A stretch of DNA of 64,000 nucleotides, taken from contig JBFWNU010000005.1 of NCBI GenBank assembly GCA_050250895.1, forward strand, positions 32,001 to 96,000, read 5' to 3'. Of the stretch, positions 56,101 through 64,000 are shown piece by piece. The position numbers were made by a program, and so were the translations under genes. Position 1 is the first letter of the stretch. Each line of letters starts with the position of its first letter. The notes beneath the pieces are model-generated. The model did no database searches and was not told where the DNA came from. It saw only the letters and a program-made list of their open reading frames with translations. The DNA is from Vulcanimicrobiota bacterium (GTDB lineage Bacteria; Vulcanimicrobiota; Xenobia; Xenobiales; JADMJV01).

Positions 56101-58265
56101 AGATACCAGACCCTGTTCTGCAGAGGTTTCTTGAAGCTCTCCAGGACGCGCGCCCTGGCCTCGCCGCCTGGCGTCTCGATATGCATGAAGTGATAGATGG
56201 TGGCCTTGGTGTAGTCGAGAGTGGCGTCGAGCTGCTGCGGCTCCCAGAAGAACGTATTGCGGTAGGCCAGATTGGTGTTGCGAACCGGCATGCCTTGAGG
56301 GGTCTGGCTCTCTGAGTTGTAGGGCTCGCGGCCTTCGTTGGACTCGTAGCGGTAGCGACGACCGGCGGGGTCGGTGATCTCGAGGACCCGGTCATACGGC
56401 ACCGGGATGAGATGGCGATTGTGGTTGATATCGGCGTAGAGGAAGGTGGTCGTGCCGTAAGGCGTGGTCATGGAGTTGATGAAGTCGTTCTCTTCATACT
56501 GAAAACTCGAAGTCAGGCCGATCACGTCGGTGATCGATTCGAGGTGGCCATCGGCGCTATAAGTAAAGGTCGCTGATCGCCCGAACGGGTCGGTGACCCG
56601 CGTGATTTTGAGCGGGTCTTCGGCCAGCTCATAGGCGATGGTCATCGGACGGTCGACGGCGTCGCGAATCTCGCTCAGGCGCCCCTGGTCGTCGTAGGTC
56701 AAGCGGGTGGCGTTGCCTTGAGCCGTGATGCGAGCCGTCAGGTGATAGCGCTCGCCGATCTGATGAAAATACTCGTCGCGGGAACCATCGGGATACTCCA
56801 GGCTAAAGCCGCTGCCGGTGTAGCTGAGGAAGGCGTCCGTATAGGCACCTTTGTCCGAGATGGTTGCTCCGTTGGTGAAGGTGTAGCCGTCGGTCCCGCC
56901 GCCGGTCTTGTAGATCAGCGCCTTATTGTCGGTGGCGCGGGTGTCGGTCACAAAGCTGGTCCAGTTGCTGGTCCATTTGGGCCCCAGGTTGGAGTAATCG
57001 AAGATGGCCGGCTGACTGGCTTCGCGGTGGCCGTAGGTCACTCGGAAGGGCACCGCAAAAGCGCCCGGGCTCAGACCCACCGGCGTGTCGGATAGACGCA
57101 GTCCAATCAGCATCGTGTGGGCACTCCATTGGGCCATACCCGACATTGCGGTGGTGAGCCCCGGCCCTCCACCCGACGCGGGGGCCGGACAGGTCGGAAA
57201 GGCGTCCTCGTCGCCCGAGGCTTCATTCTCTCTACGGTCTCGAGTCACCCCGCGACCCCACACCGTCTTCGCCTCACTCGCCGGCACCTTACGCCAGCCC
57301 TTCGGCAGAGACCCGGCCGGGACCAGGAAGTATCCACTCGCCTCTTCTTCCAGGACCTGAGGCTCCATCTTGATTTGCGAGCGCCCCAGGCCAGCCGTCT
57401 CGTCGCCCACCGGATAGATTCCGTTCTGGGGCTCGAGCAGAGCGGCGAAGTGTCCTACTTTCCAGTGTACGACGGCCGGAGTGAGGATAGCGCTTCCCGG
57501 CTGGCGAAAGGCCATCTGATAGTCCATGCCCAGCCGCTCCGAGAGGCCGTGAACCTGGGCCAGCGAGGTGCCGCGAGTGGTCGAAGGAAGGCTTTTGATA
57601 ATCCTGGCCGTCTCGACATCCCAGGCGTTAGTACATTGGCGGATGCGGCGCAGGGCGGCCGGTCCACACAAGAAGGCGACCTCAGGTCTTTGCTTCATGG
57701 TCGTCAGCGCTTCGTGAGCATCCACGACCCACTCGGTGGCGGCGCCTTGCAGCGAGCGGCCTTTGGCCTGCTCGAGCAGCGGCTCCAATTCTTCCACCCT
57801 ACCGATATGGGAGAGCGTCATCGCGTATTCACCCAGAGCCCTATCGGCCAGGGGCTTGATGCGCGGGTCTTGGACGGGCTCGAGTTCTTTCCAGGCCTGG
57901 CTCAGGCAAGCCAGGGCGCGGGTGAACCTTCCTGAGTCGCGATAGTAGGTGCCCAGATTGAGCCGCACCGACGGAGCCCACGGGTCTTGGGGATGTTCTC
58001 TGAGGAAAGCCTCGAGGAGATCGACCTTTTGGGACTTCGTACGAGCGTCGGAGCGATACTGCTCGAGCACCTGAGCCAGGCCTCGGTCGTCGGCACCTGG
58101 CTTGATGGGCACGAAAGGCTCGGGGAAATCCCCTCGGAGCATGGCCAGTCGGACTTGCGGCGGACTGGCGGGAGGACTGTTCGTGGCAGTGGGGGGACCC
58201 AGACTCGAGCACCCTCTGAAAATCACGAGCAGAGCAAGGAAAACCTGAAGCCTACCCACCGTCAT
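53142..58265 (-). CDS. Rhs/YD-repeat polymorphic toxin with N-terminal signal, TPR-like and peptidase C39-like domains
   Basis: YD repeats; core DHLGSV...YAG...RVYD...[40 protein letters not shown]...VVHW..GHF C39 motifs. Confidence 0.92.
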   Translation of the reverse strand: [1707 protein letters not shown]

Positions 58266-58631
58266 ACGCAGACACCTCCCCGACCAGATGGGCAGCTAAG
58301 CGAAGCAACCCTCTCCAGAGGGTACAGCTTGCCGACTGCTATTTTCAGTAGTCATAAGAGTATCCCTTTTTTATGCAAAGTCAAGTTTTAACAGGTGTGC
58401 TGCGTTAGCTACTCTTGCCGTCTTCTGGACTCGAAGAGATGTCTCAATTTGCCAAAAGAATGGATGCCTTACAATTTTTGGTCTCTGGACAGTGCGTGCT
58501 GTCGTGCTGTGCTACCGAATGCACTTGAGGCTCAAAAGCCAGGGAAGGCGCACGGCTTAGCCTGGAATGTCGGGCGGAATGGGCACATAGGTGAGTCAAC
58601 CACCCGCCTCCCGGGCCGCAACACGATACCT

Positions 58632-59060
58632 CCGCGCCCCCCGCGGAGCCCCGCGGTTTCCATTTCAAGCGTCCACCCTCGAGACGCGCCACCCCCTCGG
58701 CGGTTTCAACGTCGGCGCTCGCTCGATGTGAAAACCGCGGAGGACGCAGAGTTCGCGAAGGTGTGGCGAGGCTTCAGGGGCGGTGTCTCTGGAGGTCAGT
58801 GGCCCGTCTTGGAAGGGTTAAGAGATTGGGGTGGAGGAGCCAGAGGCGACCAGGTGAGCGCTCGTTCGATGGGGGGCTGACCTCCCAGGTTCGGGCGGCC
58901 AATCCCAAAAAAAATGCGGTCGAGAGCCAACCCTTCCAGATGCACGGCCCTCCCCGCGCCCCCGCGCCCCCCGCGGAGCCCCGCGGTTTCCCATTTCGAG
59001 CGGCCACCCTTCGAGTCACACCACCCCCTCGGCGTCTTGGCGACTCGGCGGTTTCCCAAA
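58632..59060. repeat. REP-like GC-rich repeats (two ~70-bp direct copies plus inverted variants)
   Basis: 58632-58702 resembles 58962-59034; AAACCGCGGAGGACGCAGAG at ~58732 is an inverted relative. Confidence 0.6.
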
Positions 59061-59128
59061 GGCGCGGACATTTAGATGGTCGAGTCGGCCAAGGAGGCAA
59101 CCGCCGCTCCGGTCGGGAATTCCTTGGT

Positions 59129-59623
59129 ATGTTTGGAAAACCGCCGAAGCAACCCCAGCAACTCAGCATCGAGATCCCGACTGCCAAAAGCAAGCCCAAG
59201 GGGCAGGCCGAGCTACGGGCTCGCCGTTTCGTGCTGGAAGACGACGACGGGTCGGTGCGGGCCCAGTTGCAGAGTGCCGGCAACGGAGCCGTGGCCCTCA
59301 CCTTTCACGACACGGGGGGTAAGTTGGGAGTGATTGTCGGGCTAGACCCCAAGCAGGCCCCGACGCTCGCTCTTTTGCACGAGGGCAAAAAGAAGGTGGC
59401 GGTCGAGCTGGATCGAGCGAGCGGCCAGCCCAGCCTGACCCTCGAGGGCCCAGCTGACTCGAAGGTGGTGGTGGGCTTTGGCGAGCAACACCAGGCTGGG
59501 GTGACCATCCACGATCAGGCCGGTCGGCTGCGACTGCGCATCTCGGTGGCGCCGGACGGCAGCACCGAGGTCGCCCTCTATGACAACAAAGGCTACGTGC
59601 GCGAGTCGCTCAAGCGCGCCTAG
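59129..59623 (+). CDS. Hypothetical beta-repeat protein
   Basis: Repeated L..D..G..R..L units; the upstream part of ORF 58763 runs through repeats, so the ATG at 59129 is preferred. Confidence 0.7.
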   Translation: MFGKPPKQPQQLSIEIPTAKSKPKGQAELRARRFVLEDDDGSVRAQLQSAGNGAVALTFHDTGGKLGVIVGLDPKQAPTLALLHEGKKKVAVELDRASGQPSLTLEGPADSKVVVGFGEQHQAGVTIHDQAGRLRLRISVAPDGSTEVALYDNKGYVRESLKRA

Positions 59624-60399
59624 TTGGCGGGAAAAAAGGAGCGACGGTACTGGCTGGTCTCGGGGCGGGACCTGAGCGAGACCGAGCCAACCCGCAACGA
59701 GCGTTCCAGATTCGGGGTCGAGGACGCTCGCAGGTCGACAACCACTTCACTCCCCGTGCGAGTCACCTCGAAATAGAGTAACCGGGTGGCCACCACTTCG
59801 ACGCTCTCGAGCCCCGCCTCGCCATTCATCGCGGAGATGTCCAGACCGTCGGGTCGAGTCAAATAGGGCGTGATGTCGGTGAGTATCTGCTCCTGGCTGG
59901 CCTCGGGGTCGGTGGTGGGATCGGTCGGCACGCCAGAATCGATGACTTTTCGCAGCAAGATCTTATGGGGACAGAAGTCATCTAGCCCGGCGCTGCCGCC
60001 CTGGCAATCGTAGCCATAAAGCTGTTGATGGCGCTGAGGGACCACCAGATAGTATAGGATGTTGCGCTGCCAGAACGGGTTTCCATCGAGGTCGTGGGCG
60101 AACTCACCGGTCAGGGGATCGATGGCTGACAGAAACCAGAGTGCCTGGCCGTCGGCGGCGCCTCCGGCCAGACTGGCCGGACCGTTGGCCAGATTGATGG
60201 TGGACGCCCCGGCTAGCCCTAGATCGGCCTCCAGCCTGCGGCTGGCCGAAGAGAGGCTCAGGGCCACCGTCTGTCCTCCCGAGCGGTGGCGCCAGTGCTC
60301 CATGCCGCGGGTCATCAGGAGCAGGGTCATGATGGCCAGGATCGAGAACAGTCCGACGGCGGTCAATAGCTCAGGTAGACTGAAGCCCCGCTGAGTCAT
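59620..60399 (-). CDS. Prepilin-type protein (PilW-like)
   Basis: QRGFSLPELL; WFLSA, PFWQRNILYY. Confidence 0.82.
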   Translation of the reverse strand: MTQRGFSLPELLTAVGLFSILAIMTLLLMTRGMEHWRHRSGGQTVALSLSSASRRLEADLGLAGASTINLANGPASLAGGAADGQALWFLSAIDPLTGEFAHDLDGNPFWQRNILYYLVVPQRHQQLYGYDCQGGSAGLDDFCPHKILLRKVIDSGVPTDPTTDPEASQEQILTDITPYLTRPDGLDISAMNGEAGLESVEVVATRLLYFEVTRTGSEVVVDLRASSTPNLERSLRVGSVSLRSRPETSQYRRSFFPAN

Positions 60400-60842
60400 T
60401 CTGGTTCGGTCACCAGTCGACTGGCCTGGGTGCTGAGACGGCCGAAGCCCTGGCGTTCACCACCCAGCCACTTCACCTCGACCCGGACTTGCTTGACCCG
60501 GTTGCTGCCGTCGGCCCCGGTGAGCACGGTTTGGGTATACACTGCGAATTCGAAGGTGGTTGTTCCCGAGGTCACCGAGCCGCTAGAGAAGGCTGGTCCC
60601 GAAGAGGGAAAATCCTGACTCCAGAAGCGAGTCAGCTCGCCGGGGGGGTCGTCCAAAGTGGCCGCCCGCACCGCCCGGCTGAGTTCGCCATCGGCCACCG
60701 CAGCCGCCGCGGCCAGTTGGCTGGCCTTGCTGCCCGCCTGGAGAGAGGCGATCCAAAGGCTGAACATGGCTAGCGCGCCCAGGCTGAGCAGGGCCAGCGA
60801 AATGAGAATTTCGATCAGGCTAAAGGCCCGCGCCCGATTCAC
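60396..60842 (-). CDS. Prepilin-type protein (PilV-like)
   Basis: RAFSLIEILISL...KQVRVEVKW. Confidence 0.82.
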   Translation of the reverse strand: MNRARAFSLIEILISLALLSLGALAMFSLWIASLQAGSKASQLAAAAAVADGELSRAVRAATLDDPPGELTRFWSQDFPSSGPAFSSGSVTSGTTTFEFAVYTQTVLTGADGSNRVKQVRVEVKWLGGERQGFGRLSTQASRLVTEPE

Positions 60843-60862
60843 TCACCAAGCCTAACAGACAA

Positions 60863-62548
60863 CTACAACTGTTGCAACAACTGGAGCATTGGAGCCAGGG
60901 CGGCCAGGGCGACGAAGCCCGCCACCACCCCTCCTCCCGCCAGGAGAATGGGCTCGAGCAAACGGGCCAGCGCCAGCAAGGCGTCCTGAGCGTCCTCCTC
61001 CAGGCTGGTCGAGGCCCGCATGAGCAACTCCGACAGGTTGCCGGTGGTCATGCCCACCTCGATGATCGAGATCACCATGGGCGGCAGGACCTCGAGACTG
61101 CCGAACGCGGCTGTTACGTCTTCGCCCAGGCCAACCGCCTGGCGCACCCGCCGCAGCTGCCCCTCGACCGCCAGGTTGCCGGCCACTCGCTCGCCCAGAT
61201 CGAGCGAGGCCGTCAGCGGCAGCCCGACGTCGAGAGTCAGACCCATCACATAGACCACCCTGGCCGAGATCATCTTGGCCACCAGGCGACCGACGAGGGG
61301 CATCCGCAAGATAGCCTCGTGCACTCTTCGCCGGATGGCTCGCGAGCGCTGATAGGTCTGGCGAGCAGTGGCCGCCACCATTCCCAGCAGCAGGATCGCT
61401 CCGCTCACCACCAGGGGGTTGCGGGCCAGCCCGCCAAAGGCGACCAGGACGCGGGTGGGCCAGGGCAGTTGGTCGGCCCCGAAGAGGTTAGCGTCCTGCG
61501 AGCAGATGAAGGTGGCGAAGAGCAGGGCCAGCAGCAAGAGCGAGCAGGCCAGGATCACCGGATAGGTCAGCGCGGCGATCACCATTTTCTTCAGTCGCAG
61601 TGCTTGCTCCGAGGCGTCGGCCAGACGGGACAGGGCATAGGTGAGCCGACCCGTCTCTTCGCCCGCCGCCACCAATCCCAGGGCTAACGGGCCGAAGATA
61701 TCGGGGCGCCGGCGCATCGATTGGCTCAAGGAAAAGCCGCTGCTGACTCCCTGGTGGAGCGTCTCCACCAGGCGGTCCAGGTCAGCCTCGCCCGAGTCGC
61801 CCAGCGACTCGAAAGCCCGACTCAGGTTGACTCCGGCCGCGAGCAGGGTGGCCAGGCGGCGATAGAAAGGGGCCATGATCTCGAGAGACAACGAACGTCT
61901 CAGCTGTTCGGGCACCGGTTCGTAATGGGTCCCATAGTCTCGCGAGCGGCCCACCACCTCGACGTTGGTCTGGCCAAACTGAAGGCGTTGCCCGGGAAAG
62001 ACCGGCTCCCAGCTTGAGCCGACCGCTCGCCCGTCACGGCGGGTGCCGTTGGCCGAGCCCAGGTCCTGAACCCAGAGCAGGCCTCCCTTCCAGCGCACCT
62101 CGGCGTGGTTGCGACTGACCCCGCCTCCCACCAGGCAGAGCAGATTGGCCGGGTCGCGACCTATGCCTATGGTGAAGCCGTCTTCCGGCACGCTCACCCG
62201 CTGGCCGTTGGCGGCGACCAATTCGGGGGGCCGAGCGGATGGATCGGGCAAAAAGAAGCTAGCCTCGAGGCTGTTGCCAAAGCGGACCAGAACGCCCGCC
62301 GGGACCTCGGTCCACTGGCCGGGGTTCAGCTTCTTGTCGCTGCAATAGGTGCCGTTGCGAGAGTCGAGATCCCGCATCCAAAGGGTCCCGTCGCGCATCG
62401 TCAACTCGGCGTGGCGACGGCTGATTTGATCCGAGTCAAAGCGCAAACCAGCCTCGAAATCCCGGCCCACGATCAGGTTGGTGGTCGTCTCGGGAATTTC
62501 GAACACCACGCCGCCGGGTAAGGTAAGTCGTGGCCAGCTCGAACTCAC
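60863..62548 (-). CDS. FHA-FHA-PilC/GspF fusion protein
   Basis: Two FHA motif sets (GRD..ISRRHA..DLDSRNGT; GRD..VSRNHA..DLGSANGT) followed by T2SSF domains (LATLLAAGV, GEETGRL, ALTYP, LLEP). Confidence 0.88.
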   Translation of the reverse strand: MSSSWPRLTLPGGVVFEIPETTTNLIVGRDFEAGLRFDSDQISRRHAELTMRDGTLWMRDLDSRNGTYCSDKKLNPGQWTEVPAGVLVRFGNSLEASFFLPDPSARPPELVAANGQRVSVPEDGFTIGIGRDPANLLCLVGGGVSRNHAEVRWKGGLLWVQDLGSANGTRRDGRAVGSSWEPVFPGQRLQFGQTNVEVVGRSRDYGTHYEPVPEQLRRSLSLEIMAPFYRRLATLLAAGVNLSRAFESLGDSGEADLDRLVETLHQGVSSGFSLSQSMRRRPDIFGPLALGLVAAGEETGRLTYALSRLADASEQALRLKKMVIAALTYPVILACSLLLLALLFATFICSQDANLFGADQLPWPTRVLVAFGGLARNPLVVSGAILLLGMVAATARQTYQRSRAIRRRVHEAILRMPLVGRLVAKMISARVVYVMGLTLDVGLPLTASLDLGERVAGNLAVEGQLRRVRQAVGLGEDVTAAFGSLEVLPPMVISIIEVGMTTGNLSELLMRASTSLEEDAQDALLALARLLEPILLAGGGVVAGFVALAALAPMLQLLQQL

Positions 62549-62609
62549 GCTGCCTGCTTCGACGGGCCGGGCGGTTGTCCCCGGGCCGACTGGATGCTAA
62601 ACTCTCAGA

Positions 62610-64000
62610 GTGTTCGTTATGGGGTCGCGGCGCCGAGGCACGGTCGTCATCGTCAGTTTATTGCTGGTGATGGTGATCGCCCTGATCGGGCGGGCGGCGG
62701 TTGGGCTCGACCCCGGGCTGCTGGCCCTCTCGCGCAGCAGCGCCAATCGTGTGGCTGCCCGGCAGGCGGCCGATTCGGGCCTCGACTATGCCCTCCACCG
62801 GTTGCGCGAGAATCCGACCTGGCGCGGCGACGGCAACGCCACCGTGGTGGATACGCCGGCCCTGACGGTGGTCGAACGAGAGGGTAACGTCGTCGGTTTG
62901 ATCCGTCAGCCCGACGGGCAGGTAAGCCAGTTCAGGATTCGCTTCAACTTTCAGGACGGGCCCGGCGGCGGTGACGGCCTAAACGATCCCCCGTCCGACC
63001 TGCGCATCGACCATCCCTACGTATCCTTGAGCAATCTCGGAAGCGGCAGCATGGCTCCACTTCCCCGCGCCGAAGGAGCAGGCTGGAGTGTAACCGACCC
63101 CAGCGTCGGCCCCGGCAGTGTCCCGCGCCGAGCCGTGGCCGTGCTGGTCGAGGGGCGGGCCGGCAAGGGCTTGCGAGAATTGACGACGGCCGCTCCCAAT
63201 CAGGCTCCCGGCGGGCCTGTCTCGACGGTGGTGGTCGAGGGTGTTTACCACCTTGGCCTCAACCAGGACGTGACCAGTGCGGCCCTGATGGCCGGCTCCA
63301 ACATCGACCTGACCGTGGCCGCCGGGGGACAGACCCTGGTTGCTCTCTACGGCGCCGAGGAGGGAGACCGCCCCCGCCTGCGCGCCAAGGGCTCGGTCAG
63401 TGTCACCAATCCTGACGGGACGCCCGGCGACGTGGTCATGGTCAAGGCCGAAGGCGAGATCGGTCGCAATGCCGGGGCGCCTCCCGGATTTGTGGGCAAT
63501 CTTCGCGGGCTGGGGGCCACGCTAGCCCAAGAGAACGTGGGCGACGGCGCCGATTTCTACAATCTTCAATGGGATGCGGTCTCCAAAGCCTCTCCCGACC
63601 CGGCCGAAAGCGTCCACATCCCCGCCGGCACCTATGTGGTCTGGGACGACAACAGCATTCACTACTACGATATGGGCTTTGACGAATACAAGACTTACAT
63701 GGGCAACCCGGCCAATCATAGCGATGCCGGCACGGCCTTGACCTGGGGCTTTCCCCAGATTCGGGACCCGGCCAACTATTCAGCTTTCGACCGCATCGTG
63801 GTCTGGCCCGAGTACGACGACACGTGCCAATCGATCGGCTTCGATCACGACACCTTTATCGAGCCCTCGGCCCGGGGCGTCACCGACTTCACCGTCATGC
63901 CTCGAGGAGGAGCCCCCTTTCTGCCGGATGACACCACTGAGGTCATTGCCGGGGCGGCCGATTCGTATACCAACAATAATGTCCAGGTTCGCGTGGTGCA
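62610..64000 (+). CDS. Large PilX-like protein (partial, runs off the window; absent from the ORF track)
   Basis: TAAACT 6 nt before GTG; MFVMGSRRRGTVVIVSLLLVMVIAL...ARQAADSGLDYALHRLRENPTW; no stop seen to the window end. Confidence 0.8.
   Translation, partial: MFVMGSRRRGTVVIVSLLLVMVIALIGRAAVGLDPGLLALSRSSANRVAARQAADSGLDYALHRLRENPTWRGDGNATVVDTPALTVVEREGNVVGLIRQPDGQVSQFRIRFNFQDGPGGGDGLNDPPSDLRIDHPYVSLSNLGSGSMAPLPRAEGAGWSVTDPSVGPGSVPRRAVAVLVEGRAGKGLRELTTAAPNQAPGGPVSTVVVEGVYHLGLNQDVTSAALMAGSNIDLTVAAGGQTLVALYGAEEGDRPRLRAKGSVSVTNPDGTPGDVVMVKAEGEIGRNAGAPPGFVGNLRGLGATLAQENVGDGADFYNLQWDAVSKASPDPAESVHIPAGTYVVWDDNSIHYYDMGFDEYKTYMGNPANHSDAGTALTWGFPQIRDPANYSAFDRIVVWPEYDDTCQSIGFDHDTFIEPSARGVTDFTVMPRGGAPFLPDDTTEVIAGAADSYTNNNVQVRVV

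Noticed and set aside
53916-56315. 799-aa plus-strand ORF
   Set aside because: Antisense shadow of the GC-rich Rhs gene; the same applies to other long antisense ORFs such as 47195..48970, 14315..15628 and 8737..9993.
58763-59128. N-terminal extension of ORF 58763..59623
   Set aside because: It translates the REP-like repeats into low-complexity R/P/G sequence; the ATG at 59129 is more plausible.

Overview
High-GC bacterial chromosomal window with no rRNA, tRNA or CRISPR. The many type IV pilin-like genes, extra PilC paralogs and lineage-specific ORFs would fit Ca. Eremiobacterota/Vulcanimicrobiota, but that assignment is an impression and not a search result. Contents: a GAF sensor kinase; three separate minor-pilin clusters with two unusual PilC/GspF proteins, one fused to two FHA domains; an N-terminally extended GlpD and a divergent, truncated pyruvate kinase with near-identical leaderless promoters; an orphan RHH antitoxin with a deleted PIN-toxin remnant; a DUF222-like/HNH element; cyanophycinase plus isoaspartyl peptidase; an OmpR-type two-component system; an FeS-type photolyase; divergent TRAP (TeaABC-like) and ABC osmoprotectant importers; an ABC system with permease-metallopeptidase fusions; and a large Rhs toxin with a putative immunity gene and a degenerate orphan remnant. 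Best novelty candidates: (1) a lower-GC three-gene cassette (TIGR04255-like protein, small acidic-tailed protein, MazF/PemK-like protein), a possible tripartite toxin-antitoxin/defence system at 3.7-5.5 kb; (2) an ORF-less ~140-nt multi-hairpin RNA with its own sigma70 promoter and terminator at ~37.85-37.99 kb; (3) an Asp/His/Gly/Asn-rich insert inside the Rhs repeats; (4) FHA-FHA-PilC and an apparently split PilC; (5) a shared promoter motif in front of the two atypical metabolic enzymes. All family calls come from motif recognition by eye; no database searches were run.
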